The notes below the pieces were generated by a model. It had not been told where the DNA came from. It did not search any database and saw nothing but the letters and a program-made list of their open reading frames with translations. DNA of 60,369 nucleotides, filler included. It is 5 parts of 5 records of this genome, joined end to end, with 100 filler letters (N's around TTAATTAATTAA, not from the genome) between each part and the next. Parts side by side here need not be neighbours in the genome. Positions count along the whole stretch, not along the records: positions 36,983 to 60,369 come from DRR723986_19330; 4 more parts are not named here. One strand, written 5' to 3'. Position numbers and translations under genes: made by a program. The first letter of the stretch is position 1. Every line of letters begins with the position of its first letter. Below are positions 39,788-49,871 of the stretch, in pieces.

Positions 39788-40662
39788 TTAAAATAAGTAA
39801 TTGTACGTTCAACCACTTCAAATAATTCACCTTCTTTATCAACCGCTCTTCTTTGAATCCAGTTACCTACATCATCATAATTATACGTGTATTCTATATA
39901 GCTCGAGGCACCTCTCATGGGCTCTTCAACACTGCTCATGGCGACAAAACCCTCTGTGTTATAGCGCAACTCCCGACTTATAAAGATTTCATAATGTGGA
40001 TTAAAAGTGGTTAATTCATGAGTGCCGTCTTTCTGGAATTCATAATCAGTTTTCGCTACAACTTCGCCATTAATAGTTGTCTCATCCACAAATAAATCAG
40101 TTCCTTCAATATAACTGAATCTGCGTTCATATTCTTTATCTCCATTGGTAAGGTATCCAATGTGTAAAGTGTCACGGCCGATTGAATCTTTATAGATATC
40201 CCTGATATTAAACTCAACTCCCGAAGCGTTAATAGATTTTATATTAAAATGATCTTCGAAATAAACGAGGGTGTCTTTAAAATCTAAGGTAAAATCACCT
40301 CTAAACTCTATATAATAATAGGTAGCAACATGTTTTCTCTCTTCAAAAAAATAAAACTGTCTGTTGATTATTCCTTCTTCAGTAAACTCACTTTGAATTA
40401 ACAAACCATCTTTAAACATGTATTTGGCCGAAGTATTTCCATAGCTTGCTGATATTGATGTATCGTTTAGCAATCTACCTCTTTCGTCAAAAACAAATGA
40501 ATTGGTTTCATCTAATTTCAATTGTTCACCTGAAGGATAATAGATTTTTTCTTCCAGGTTTGAAACTGCACCATGCAAATCGTATTTAGAAAGTTTCGCT
40601 ATTTCTATCTGCGCAATCAATGCGAAAGACTGAAAAAGCGATATAAAACAAATGAACTTCAT
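39784..40662 (-). CDS. hypothetical secreted YD/RHS-like repeat protein
   Basis: Signal peptide, FDERGRL, YNTEG, YNYDDVGNWI beta-hairpin repeats. Confidence 0.65.
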   Translation of the reverse strand: MKFICFISLFQSFALIAQIEIAKLSKYDLHGAVSNLEEKIYYPSGEQLKLDETNSFVFDERGRLLNDTSISASYGNTSAKYMFKDGLLIQSEFTEEGIINRQFYFFEERKHVATYYYIEFRGDFTLDFKDTLVYFEDHFNIKSINASGVEFNIRDIYKDSIGRDTLHIGYLTNGDKEYERRFSYIEGTDLFVDETTINGEVVAKTDYEFQKDGTHELTTFNPHYEIFISRELRYNTEGFVAMSSVEEPMRGASSYIEYTYNYDDVGNWIQRRAVDKEGELFEVVERTITYFK

Positions 40663-41757
40663 TTATTCAACAGTCACCTTTCGGGGCTGAAATCCATTTT
40701 TCACTTCGGCTTTAGCTTTAATTCTTGCTTCTTTTTCAGCTCTAACTTGTTTTGCTTTCTCTACTTTTTCATCCACTTTTGTTTCTGGCTGTTCGCCGTC
40801 TTGGAAAGGTTTTTTTGCTGTTAATCCTAAGATATCGAACAAAGCCTGATCCTCATTAAATTCTGGATTTGGTGTAGTCAACAATTTGTCTCCAGCAAAT
40901 ATTGAAGACGCCCCTGCGAAAAAGCAAAGTGCCTGTGATTCATGAGACATTTGAGTTCTACCTGCTGATAATCTAATAATTGATTCTGGAAAAAGGATTC
41001 TTGATGTTGCTATCATTCTAATCATCTCCCAAATTTCAATCGGTTGTTGATCTTCTAAAGCTGTTCCTTCTACCGCAACAAGCGCATTAATTGGAATAGA
41101 TTCTGGTGGCTGCTCCATATGAACATAAGTCATCAGCATACCAATTCTATCTTCTGCAGATTCACCCATTCCGATTATTCCTCCTGAACAAACTGAAATC
41201 CCAGCTTTTCTAGCATTTCCAATAGTGTCAATTCTATTTTGATATTCTCGTGTTGAGATAATATCCTTATAAAACTCTTGCGAAGAATCTAAATTATGGT
41301 TGTAAGCATACAAACCTGCATTCTTAAGTCTTTCTGCTTGCTTTTCATTCATCATACCCAAAGTGGCACAAACTTCCATTCCCATCCCGTTAATTTCCTG
41401 CACCATTTCAACCACTTTGTCAAAATCACGATTGTCGCGCACCTCTCTCCATGCAGCTCCCATACACACACGAGATGAACCATTTGCCTTAGCATTTTTG
41501 GCTAATCCTACCACTTCTTTAACACCCATCATAGGTTGAACCTCTAATTCAGTGTTATGCACCACTGATTGCGGACAATATCCACAGTCTTCCGGGCATC
41601 CTCCTGTTTTTATGGATATCAATGAAGCCATTTGCACTTCATTCGGGTTATGATACTCTCTATGCACCGTTGCTGCTTGATACATTAAATCCATCATTGG
41701 AGAGTGATATAACTCTAATGCTTTCTCTTTTGACGCGTATGTTTTATTAATTTTCAT
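40663..41757 (-). CDS. bioB: biotin synthase
   Basis: CPEDCGYCPQS radical SAM motif, YNHNLD, IRLSAGR, GDKLLTTPN. Confidence 0.97.
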   Translation of the reverse strand: MKINKTYASKEKALELYHSPMMDLMYQAATVHREYHNPNEVQMASLISIKTGGCPEDCGYCPQSVVHNTELEVQPMMGVKEVVGLAKNAKANGSSRVCMGAAWREVRDNRDFDKVVEMVQEINGMGMEVCATLGMMNEKQAERLKNAGLYAYNHNLDSSQEFYKDIISTREYQNRIDTIGNARKAGISVCSGGIIGMGESAEDRIGMLMTYVHMEQPPESIPINALVAVEGTALEDQQPIEIWEMIRMIATSRILFPESIIRLSAGRTQMSHESQALCFFAGASSIFAGDKLLTTPNPEFNEDQALFDILGLTAKKPFQDGEQPETKVDEKVEKAKQVRAEKEARIKAKAEVKNGFQPRKVTVE

Positions 41758-42636
41758 TTAAATCGATATTTTGTTTTTTTGCGGATCGCCTTCAACTAAT
41801 TTGCCTTGCTCATAGCGATAAACCGCATCAATATTTCCATTATCAAAGTAATAAGTGAAGGTTCCATTCTCTAATCCCATCTCGTAAACTCCTTCAATTT
41901 GCAATGCTCCAGAAGCGTACCACCACCTTACAATTCCATTTTCTTTACCATAAAGATAAGTCGCTTCATACTTTTTTTGGCCATTATCGTAAAAAGTTGT
42001 TGACAAGCTATCTTTTAATCCTGCTTTGTAACTCACAATTTCTTTGACTTTTCCGTTCGAATAATAGTGCATCCATAAACTATCTAATCGGCCATATTTA
42101 TATTGTCCCAAGGTTTTCATTTGACCGTTTTCGTACCATTCTTGAACGGCGCCGTGCGGAATTGAATCTTTAAAATTATTAATGGCCTGAATCTGACCGT
42201 TATCATACCAAAACTGCCAGGTTCCTTGCTTAAATCCTCGATCAAAACTTCCCTCTGCCACCTTCATTTCTGCCTCATTATAATAGGTCCAAAGTCCAAA
42301 TTTGCGATCTTCAATAAACTGACCCTTGTATTCTAATTTGCCATTTGAATAGTACTTTTTAATGGGGCCATTGATCTCGCCATTCTCCCAAGTGCTTTCT
42401 TCCTCTATCGTTCCATCTTCAAAATAAAAAATCCAATCGCCGCAGGCTGTATCATTTTCATAAAAGCCTACAGATTCTAAACTTTCATCTGCCCGATAAA
42501 ACTCCCATTTTCCTTCTCTATTTCCATCCACCATTTCGCCCAAGCCATATCCACCTCCGAAAACTGGTTGTCGGTTATGCTCTTTGCATCCTATTAATGT
42601 GCTTAAAATAATTATGTGAAATAGGAGTTTCATCAA
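41758..42636 (-). CDS. MORN-variant repeat (YwqK-like) lipoprotein
   Basis: Lipobox LIGC, about 10 repeats of W..YY.NG....G.Y. Confidence 0.85.
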   Translation of the reverse strand: MMKLLFHIIILSTLIGCKEHNRQPVFGGGYGLGEMVDGNREGKWEFYRADESLESVGFYENDTACGDWIFYFEDGTIEEESTWENGEINGPIKKYYSNGKLEYKGQFIEDRKFGLWTYYNEAEMKVAEGSFDRGFKQGTWQFWYDNGQIQAINNFKDSIPHGAVQEWYENGQMKTLGQYKYGRLDSLWMHYYSNGKVKEIVSYKAGLKDSLSTTFYDNGQKKYEATYLYGKENGIVRWWYASGALQIEGVYEMGLENGTFTYYFDNGNIDAVYRYEQGKLVEGDPQKNKISI

Positions 42637-42654
42637 ACTCTTAATTTAAGAATT

Positions 42655-43635
42655 CTAATTCAATTCTTTCCAAATCATATCTTTCAACTCTACCAAGCCG
42701 GTTTGAGCAACAGAAGATATAAAGGTATAGGGAATTTCAGGTAAATCTGATTCAATTTCTGATTTGAGCTCGTCATCCAACATGTCCGATTTAGAAATCG
42801 CTAAAAGTCTCGGTTTATCTAACAATTCTGGATTATACTGTTGAAGTTCATTAACTAATATCTCGTACTCTTTTTTAATGTCATCCGCATCCGCAGGTAC
42901 CATAAACAATAGAACAGAATTTCTTTCAATATGTCTTAAAAATCTTAACCCTAGCCCCTTTCCTTCATGAGCTCCCTCAATTATTCCAGGAATATCAGCC
43001 ATAACAAATGAACGATAATCTCGGTAGGCAACAATCCCTAAATTTGGAGTTAAAGTGGTAAATGGATAATTTGCTATTTCTGGTTTAGCTGCTGATACCA
43101 CTGAAAGTAATGTTGACTTACCTGCGTTAGGAAATCCAACAAGGCCAACATCCGCCAATATTTTCAACTCTAAAATTATCCAACCTTCTTGTTCTGGAAT
43201 ACCGGGCTGAGCATATCTTGGAGTTTGATTTACTGAATTTTTAAAGTGAACGTTTCCCTTTCCGCCTTTTCCACCTTCCATGACGATAAACTCTTGTCCA
43301 TCTTCAGAAATTTCACTCAAGACCTCTCCAGTTTCTTCATCCTTAATGATTGTGCCAATTGGAACTTCAACTATTTCATCTTCACCATCTTTACCATGCA
43401 TCTGGTTTTTACCTCCAGGATCTCCATGAGTCGCTTTGATGTGTTTACGATATTTCAAGGGAAGTAAAGTCCACAGTTGCGCATTGCCTTTCACAATGAC
43501 ATGACCACCTCTACCTCCATCACCTCCAGCTGGACCGCCTTTGGCAATGTATTTTTCACGGCGCATATACTGCGAACCGGGTCCTCCTTTACCAGAACGA
43601 CAATGTATTTTTACGTAATCGATAAAATTACTCAT
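42655..43635 (-). CDS. obgE: GTPase ObgE/CgtA
   Basis: Gly-rich Obg fold, [22 protein letters not shown]. Confidence 0.97.
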   Translation of the reverse strand: MSNFIDYVKIHCRSGKGGPGSQYMRREKYIAKGGPAGGDGGRGGHVIVKGNAQLWTLLPLKYRKHIKATHGDPGGKNQMHGKDGEDEIVEVPIGTIIKDEETGEVLSEISEDGQEFIVMEGGKGGKGNVHFKNSVNQTPRYAQPGIPEQEGWIILELKILADVGLVGFPNAGKSTLLSVVSAAKPEIANYPFTTLTPNLGIVAYRDYRSFVMADIPGIIEGAHEGKGLGLRFLRHIERNSVLLFMVPADADDIKKEYEILVNELQQYNPELLDKPRLLAISKSDMLDDELKSEIESDLPEIPYTFISSVAQTGLVELKDMIWKELN

Positions 43636-43655
43636 GACGACTGGTCAATTTAAGA

Positions 43656-44234
43656 TTAAGCTAATATAGCATCTATAGATTCAAATAAACGCTCTGTAAT
43701 TTCGTCAATATCTCCATGGCCGTTAATTTTTACAAACTTGCCTTGGGCCGCATAAAACTCTTTTAATGGAAATGTTTCTTCCATGTAAACATTGATTCTA
43801 TTTTCAATGATTTCTGGGTTGGCATCATCAGCTCTACCTGAAGATATCGCACGATTCTTCAAACGTTCTTTTAATTCTTCACGCTCAACATCTAATGCTA
43901 ACATTTTATTAATTGAGGATCCACGCTCAGATAAAATTCTATCTAAAGCTTCAGCTTGCGGCGTAGTTCTTGGAAAACCGTCAAAAATAAAGCCTTCCGC
44001 TTCTGGATGTTTTTCAATTTCTGAAATCAATAATTTAATGGTCACGTCATCCGGAACCAATTGACCTTTATCCATGAAGCTTTTTGCCAAAACTCCTAAT
44101 TCGGTCTCATTCTTAATATTATATCTAAATACATCTCCCGTAGAAAGATGATACAAATTGTACTTTTCAACTAGTTTTTCAGCTTGAGTCCCTTTTCCAG
44201 CACCTGGAGGGCCAAATAAAACAATGTTTATCAT
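43656..44234 (-). CDS. adk: adenylate kinase (short, LID-less type)
   Basis: GPPGAGKGTQ, STGD, FDGFPRT, GRADD. Confidence 0.96.
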   Translation of the reverse strand: MINIVLFGPPGAGKGTQAEKLVEKYNLYHLSTGDVFRYNIKNETELGVLAKSFMDKGQLVPDDVTIKLLISEIEKHPEAEGFIFDGFPRTTPQAEALDRILSERGSSINKMLALDVEREELKERLKNRAISSGRADDANPEIIENRINVYMEETFPLKEFYAAQGKFVKINGHGDIDEITERLFESIDAILA

Positions 44235-44375
44235 TTGTTCGGTTTGTTGTCTTGCTTGAAGACTATTTTTAGTTTTAGACTTTTGCAGTTGATCTGCCCA
44301 GTTTCAAAAACACTCGGCAAATTTATCGCTAATAATCCTCATTCCAATAGAGATTTATCAATTTTTATTAACGAT

Positions 44376-44490
44376 TCTGAAATTTCGTCATCACTTTTCA
44401 TAAAAATCAGAAAATCTGTCATTTAGAATTTCAATAATCGGCCATTTTAACAGTTAAAACCCACTATTTTCACTTTGGACTTTAATTTGA
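44376..44490 (+). promoter_or_regulatory. putative clpB control region: three phased sites plus a -24/-12-like element
   Basis: 16-mers at 44376, 44407 and 44438 (31-bp period) and TGG-N8-TTGA at 44476-44490. Confidence 0.45.
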
Positions 44491-44517
44491 GCAGGTCTAA
44501 TAAACAATTAGATTGAC

Positions 44518-47139
44518 ATGAACATTAACAAATTAACTAGCAAAACGCAAGAAATTATTCAACAAGCGCAAATGATAGCTCAAGGAAATGAGCATCAAGC
44601 TATTGAAACAGGTCACCTACTCAAAGCAATGATAGAAGTGGATGAGGCGGTATTGCCGTTTATCTTCTCTGAATTTAATTTAGACCTTCAAAAAGTATCG
44701 ACAACTACAAGCAGCATAATTAATTCCTATCCTAAAGTTTCAGGAGGGCAAATCTATATGGGGCAAAGCGCCAACAAAGTAATTGCCAAAGCCTTTAAAG
44801 AAATGGATGAAATGAAAGATGAATATCTTTCTACAGATATGCTCTTTTTAGCATTGTTAGATGCTGGAGATAGTGTTTCTAAAATGCTAACAGACCTTGG
44901 AATTAATAAAACAGCATTAAAAAATGTAATTATGAAATTGAGAAATGGAGAAAGCGTTCAATCTCAAGGACAAGAAGAAACCTATCAGGCTTTGTCTAAA
45001 TACGCGAATAATCTCAATGAAATGGCTCAAAACGGAAAACTTGATCCGGTAATAGGGCGAGATGAAGAAATTAGACGTGTGCTTCAAATCTTGACGAGAA
45101 GAACGAAAAATAATCCGATTTTAATTGGAGAACCAGGCGTTGGTAAAACAGCCATTGCTGAAGGAATCGCTCACCGAATTGTGGAAGGGGATGTACCTGA
45201 AAACTTAAAATCAAGAAAAGTATTCTCTCTTGATATGGGAGCTTTAGTTGCAGGAGCCAAATACAAAGGTGAATTCGAAGAGCGACTCAAAGCGGTAGTG
45301 AAAGAAGTAATAAAGTCTGACGGCGAAATCATTTTGTTTATAGACGAAATCCATACGCTTGTTGGTGCCGGTGGCGGAGGTGAAGGAGCAATGGATGCCG
45401 CAAACATCTTAAAACCTGCTCTAGCAAGAGGAGAGCTAAGAGCCGTTGGAGCAACAACCCTAAATGAATACCAAAAGTATTTTGAAAAAGATAAAGCCTT
45501 AGTGAGAAGGTTTCAAACAGTTTTGGTGGATGAACCTAGTTTTGAAGATGCGGTTTCAATCTTAAGAGGAATTAAAGATAAATACGAAACCTATCACAAA
45601 GTTTTGATAAAAGATGCCGCAATTATTTCCGCGGTGGAATTGTCACAACGCTACATTACAGAACGTCAACTTCCGGACAAAGCGATAGATTTAATTGATG
45701 AAGCTGCTTCAAAATTGAGAATGGAGATGAATTCTAAGCCTGAAGAGTTAGATGAAATTGACAGAAGAATCATGCAATTAGAAATTGAGCGAGAAGCAAT
45801 CAAGCGCGAAAAAGATAAAAATAAGCTCAATGCAATTCAAGAAGAGTTAGGTGAATTGACTGAAAAAAGAACAGCCTTTCATGCAAAATGGCAAGCTGAA
45901 AAAGACGTGGTGGATGAGATACAAGCTTCAAAAGAATTGATAGAAAAACTGAAATTAGAAGCTGAAAAGGCCGAAAGAGAGGGAGATTATGAGCGTGTTG
46001 CCGAAATTAGATATGGTAAAACTCAAGAAACCGAAGAGCGCATTAAAAAGCTCAAGGCTGAATTAATCGACATACAAAAGACTTCTAAAACCATTAAAGA
46101 AGAGGTTGATGCTGAAGAGATTGCAGAAGTCGTTTCTAAGTGGACAGGAATACCAGTTTCGAAAATGATTGAAAGTGAAAAAGAAAAACTTTTACGACTT
46201 GAAGAAGAATTAGGAGAAAGAGTTGTTGGACAAGAAGAAGCAATTGCGGCAGTATCAGACGCAGTTCGCCGATCAAGAGCAGGTTTACAAGACATGAAGA
46301 AGCCAATCGGATCTTTCATTTTCTTGGGAACTACAGGAGTTGGTAAAACTGAGTTGGCAAAGGCACTTGCAGATTATTTATTCAATGACGAAAACGCCAT
46401 GACACGAATCGATATGAGTGAATATCAAGAAAAGCACTCAGTAAGTAGACTGGTAGGGGCTCCTCCGGGATATGTTGGATATGATGAAGGTGGCCAGCTA
46501 ACGGAGGCTGTTAGAAGAAAACCGTATTCCATAGTGTTGATGGATGAGATTGAAAAGGCTCACCCTGATGTATTCAACATCCTGTTACAAGTACTGGATG
46601 ATGGAAGACTAACTGACAATAAAGGAAGAACGGTCAACTTTAAAAACACCATCATCATAATGACATCAAATCTTGGATCTGATATTATTAGAGAAAAATT
46701 TGAAGACATCACAGATAAAAAGAAAGATGAAATTGTTGAATCGACAAAAGCTTTAGTTTTTGACTTGTTGAGAAAAACTATTCGCCCTGAATTTTTGAAT
46801 AGAATTGATGAAACAGTGATGTTCCAACCACTTTCTAGAACTGATGTTTTACAGATTGTTAAAATTCAATTTTCAATGCTGCAAAAGCAATTAAAGTCTT
46901 CTAACATTTCAATTCAGGCGACAGAAGAAGCGCTAGAGTGGTTAGCTTTAGAAGGATACGACCCGCAATTTGGAGCGCGTCCGGTAAAGAGAGTCATGCA
47001 AAGAGATCTTCTGAATCATTTGTCAAAAGAACTACTCGCCGGAAAAATTGGACCGGAAAGCTCAATAATGCTTGACCTTAAAGATGGGGAATTGACTTTT
47101 GAGAATGCCTTGGAACCTATCGATCCCAGTTTGAATTAA
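44518..47139 (+). CDS. clpB: ATP-dependent disaggregase ClpB
   Basis: Two AAA modules ([16 protein letters not shown]), M-domain coiled coil, GYVGY, GARP. Confidence 0.97.
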   Translation: MNINKLTSKTQEIIQQAQMIAQGNEHQAIETGHLLKAMIEVDEAVLPFIFSEFNLDLQKVSTTTSSIINSYPKVSGGQIYMGQSANKVIAKAFKEMDEMKDEYLSTDMLFLALLDAGDSVSKMLTDLGINKTALKNVIMKLRNGESVQSQGQEETYQALSKYANNLNEMAQNGKLDPVIGRDEEIRRVLQILTRRTKNNPILIGEPGVGKTAIAEGIAHRIVEGDVPENLKSRKVFSLDMGALVAGAKYKGEFEERLKAVVKEVIKSDGEIILFIDEIHTLVGAGGGGEGAMDAANILKPALARGELRAVGATTLNEYQKYFEKDKALVRRFQTVLVDEPSFEDAVSILRGIKDKYETYHKVLIKDAAIISAVELSQRYITERQLPDKAIDLIDEAASKLRMEMNSKPEELDEIDRRIMQLEIEREAIKREKDKNKLNAIQEELGELTEKRTAFHAKWQAEKDVVDEIQASKELIEKLKLEAEKAEREGDYERVAEIRYGKTQETEERIKKLKAELIDIQKTSKTIKEEVDAEEIAEVVSKWTGIPVSKMIESEKEKLLRLEEELGERVVGQEEAIAAVSDAVRRSRAGLQDMKKPIGSFIFLGTTGVGKTELAKALADYLFNDENAMTRIDMSEYQEKHSVSRLVGAPPGYVGYDEGGQLTEAVRRKPYSIVLMDEIEKAHPDVFNILLQVLDDGRLTDNKGRTVNFKNTIIIMTSNLGSDIIREKFEDITDKKKDEIVESTKALVFDLLRKTIRPEFLNRIDETVMFQPLSRTDVLQIVKIQFSMLQKQLKSSNISIQATEEALEWLALEGYDPQFGARPVKRVMQRDLLNHLSKELLAGKIGPESSIMLDLKDGELTFENALEPIDPSLN

Positions 47140-47151
47140 AAAATAAAGCAC

Positions 47152-47191
47152 AAAAAAAACCGTCTTGGCTCAGCCAAGGCGGTTTTTTTTT
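47152..47191. terminator. bidirectional Rho-independent terminator
   Basis: A8-CCGTCTTGGC-TCA-GCCAAGGCGG-T9. Confidence 0.9.
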
Positions 47192-47205
47192 CAAATTACT
47201 TCGAA

Positions 47206-47376
47206 TTATTTTGTCGTTTCAGAAATTGTCTGAAGCGTTTCAATCTTTTGAGTTTGCTCAGCTTTATACTTAGTATAATCTGAAGCTCTGTATGCGTCGC
47301 ATGTGTGTCCTCCACCGCAGCTAGTCATTCCTAATGCAAATACTCCTAATAATCCTGCTAATACTACTTTTTTCAT
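47206..47376 (-). CDS. small lipoprotein, 56 aa (absent from the ORF track)
   Basis: MKKVVLAGLLGVFALGMTSCGGGHTCDAYRASDYTKYKAEQTQKIETLQTISETTK; lipobox Cys20; ends at the bidirectional terminator. Confidence 0.82.
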   Translation of the reverse strand: MKKVVLAGLLGVFALGMTSCGGGHTCDAYRASDYTKYKAEQTQKIETLQTISETTK

Positions 47377-47727
47377 CTTTTAAGGTCTTTTCTGGTTTCT
47401 TAATCTTTGTCGGTTGTTGACAAATTTTAAGCCTGCCAACTCATACAGTTAACGAAAATAAGCAAAAAATGTTGTCAAAGCAAAATTTTATTTGTTGATA
47501 ATCAACAGTTTTCTTTTAATTATTTTCAATTTTATTCTTTTCAACCCCCTATTTCATTACACTTAAAGACGGTTTTACAATTGTTAATAAATCTACCAAA
47601 TAACTAGAATTATCGATAAATTAATTTATTAGTTATGATTCCAATAATATTTAAGTTTTACAACACCGATCTGTTATATTTATCCTTAAATTGTTCAAAA
47701 AAATTAAAACTGGTAAAAATTTAAATA

Positions 47728-48852
47728 ATGAAGAAAAATTTACAATTTGCGATTTTGTCCCTTTTGGCTGCCGGTAGTACAAATGCTCAAAACATTGTTG
47801 GAACAGAACAAACATTGAGAAACGGTATTATTGAAGAGTTCTCAGGAATCAACTGTGTGAACTGTCCTAATGGGCATACAACACTAGAAAATATCTTAGC
47901 CGCTAACCCGGGAAGAGTATTTGCTCTTCAATATGCACCTTCTAACTCTAGTTATACTGGTCCTGGATCAAATGGCGGAACAGACTTTAGAAGAAGTTAT
48001 TTAGATGCGTTTTATACAGGTTCTTATTGTTCTCCATCTTCTGGAAGTAGATTTATGCCTTCAGCATTTATCAACCGTGTTTTAGGAACTAACGGAGATA
48101 TCCTGCAATCTACAGGACAATGGTCAAATATGGTTTCAGATGTGATAGAAGAATTGTCTCCAATGAATGTTGGTGCCAAATCAACATATGATGCAACTGC
48201 TCAGACCTTGACAATTGATATTGAAGTTTATTATACGGAAGATGTAACGGATGGAAATAGTTTCTATGTCAATATTATTGAAGATGACTTGACTTCAGAC
48301 TACCAATCTGGATCAAGCGCAAACGCTTCTAATCCTTACGTATATAAACATACGTTTAGAGAAGATTTGACTGGTCAATGGGGTGACCCAATCACTGGTG
48401 CGACTACACAAGGTAGTTTATTTACTCATCAAATCGTATTCGATCTTTCTACCGCAACTGACCCTATTAATGTTGCCAATGCACAAATTGCAGTTTATGT
48501 TATTGAGGACGTTACAACTGAGGTATATACGGGAATCGTAGTAGATGCTGATGGTGGTGAAGATGCAACTTCCACGGTAGGAATCGAAGATGAATATGAA
48601 ATTCAAAACCTAGCGGTTTACCCGAACCCTGCTACTACTGAATTAAATATTGAGTTAGTGCAAGATTTAGGAAATGAGGTAAACTTGACTATCGTTGATT
48701 TAGCTGGAAGAGTTGTATATGCTGAAATAATTTCAAATACAGGTCAAACTGAAGTAATCAATTTAGAATCGTTAAACATTTCAACAGGAAGCTATATTCT
48801 TAATATTAATTCTGAATCGCATTCAATTGCGCAGTCGTTAATTATTGAATAA
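47728..48852 (+). CDS. Omp28-related thioredoxin-like protein with T9SS C-terminal sorting domain
   Basis: IEEFSGINCVNCP, P.AFINR, Y.HTFR; CTD VYPNPA...GSYIL. Confidence 0.85.
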   Translation: MKKNLQFAILSLLAAGSTNAQNIVGTEQTLRNGIIEEFSGINCVNCPNGHTTLENILAANPGRVFALQYAPSNSSYTGPGSNGGTDFRRSYLDAFYTGSYCSPSSGSRFMPSAFINRVLGTNGDILQSTGQWSNMVSDVIEELSPMNVGAKSTYDATAQTLTIDIEVYYTEDVTDGNSFYVNIIEDDLTSDYQSGSSANASNPYVYKHTFREDLTGQWGDPITGATTQGSLFTHQIVFDLSTATDPINVANAQIAVYVIEDVTTEVYTGIVVDADGGEDATSTVGIEDEYEIQNLAVYPNPATTELNIELVQDLGNEVNLTIVDLAGRVVYAEIISNTGQTEVINLESLNISTGSYILNINSESHSIAQSLIIE

Positions 48853-48870
48853 TTAAAAGAATTCGAATTT

Positions 48871-48900
48871 AAAAGCTCCTCAATTTGAGGGGCTTTTTTT
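48871..48900. terminator. bidirectional terminator
   Basis: AAAAGCTCCTCA-ATT-TGAGGGGCTTTT. Confidence 0.8.
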
Positions 48901-49840
48901 ATGCTTTAAAATTACTGCAAATCTTATCCAACAAGACCTTGCTCAGTTTATAATAGGATTCAATGGTCCATCCTCCCACATGAGGGCTGAGCAACACTTT
49001 ATCAGAATTCAATAATTCTTTAAATGCAGGATTGAGATCTCCTTCAAACATGTTCTCAAATGACGATTTTTCAAATTCAAGAACATCTAAACAAGCTCCT
49101 TTAACTTTGCCGGATTTGATGTGATTCAATAAATCGGAAGTAACAACAATTTTACCTCGAGAAAGATTAATTAAATAAATATCCTTTGTGCATTCGTCAA
49201 TAAAACGTCCATCAATCATCCACATGGTTTCTTCATTTTGTGGAATATGTAAACTGATGACGTCTGCCCTACTCTGAATTTCTGAAAGTGAAACTTCTTC
49301 TACAAATTCATCTCCAAAATCAGTTTTGTACTTGTCGTATGCAATAACCTTGACGTCAAACCCTTTTAATTTTTTCGCAAATGCAGATCCATTATTTCCA
49401 TACCCAATTAAACCAACCGTTTTACCATCCAACTCTATTCCCCTATTTCCTTCTCTATCCCATTTTCCAGATCTTACTTCACGATCAGCTTTATTCAATT
49501 GGTTAAATAAACTCAAAAGCATTCCCAAAGCATGCTCGGCAACAGCATTTCTATTTCCTTCGGGAGCATTGAATAATTGAATTTCGTTTTTATTACAAAA
49601 ATCGATATCAATGTTTTCCATACCTGCACCAGATCTTGCTATGAATTTCAAATTTGAGCACTTACTCAAGAACGATTCATCCAACTTAAATCGAGACCGA
49701 ACCACAATTCCATCATACGCATGAATCACGCGTTCTATTTCTTCTTTGGATGTTGTTGTCAAATCAAGACATTCAAATCCATGTTGTATTAATCCTTGAC
49801 TTAAAACTTCATGAACAGTATCTAAGAAAGCAATTTTCAT
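48899..49840 (-). CDS. D-isomer-specific 2-hydroxyacid dehydrogenase (SerA-like)
   Basis: RSGAGMENID, AVAEH, GYGNNG, NLSRG, LDVLEFE, SPHVGG. Confidence 0.9.
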   Translation of the reverse strand: MKIAFLDTVHEVLSQGLIQHGFECLDLTTTSKEEIERVIHAYDGIVVRSRFKLDESFLSKCSNLKFIARSGAGMENIDIDFCNKNEIQLFNAPEGNRNAVAEHALGMLLSLFNQLNKADREVRSGKWDREGNRGIELDGKTVGLIGYGNNGSAFAKKLKGFDVKVIAYDKYKTDFGDEFVEEVSLSEIQSRADVISLHIPQNEETMWMIDGRFIDECTKDIYLINLSRGKIVVTSDLLNHIKSGKVKGACLDVLEFEKSSFENMFEGDLNPAFKELLNSDKVLLSPHVGGWTIESYYKLSKVLLDKICSNFKA

Positions 49841-49871
49841 AAATCAAAAATAAGCATCTAAGTGAACATGA

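Noticed and set aside
41758..42636. Toxin-antitoxin system suggested by the YwqK-like repeats, with 39784-40662 as an RHS toxin
   Set aside because: No toxin domain or RHS core motif; MORN-variant proteins are common stand-alone genes in Bacteroidota
44235..44426. 63-aa ORF between adk and clpB
   Set aside because: TTG start, no protein features, and it covers the divergent promoter region
47400..47727. Possible oriC: TGTTGATAA, TGTTAATAA, TGTTCAAAA and the palindrome TGTTGATAATCAACA
   Set aside because: No perfect DnaA box, near-matches are common in very AT-rich DNA, and divergent promoters explain the gap; Ori-Finder and GC skew on a full genome would be needed
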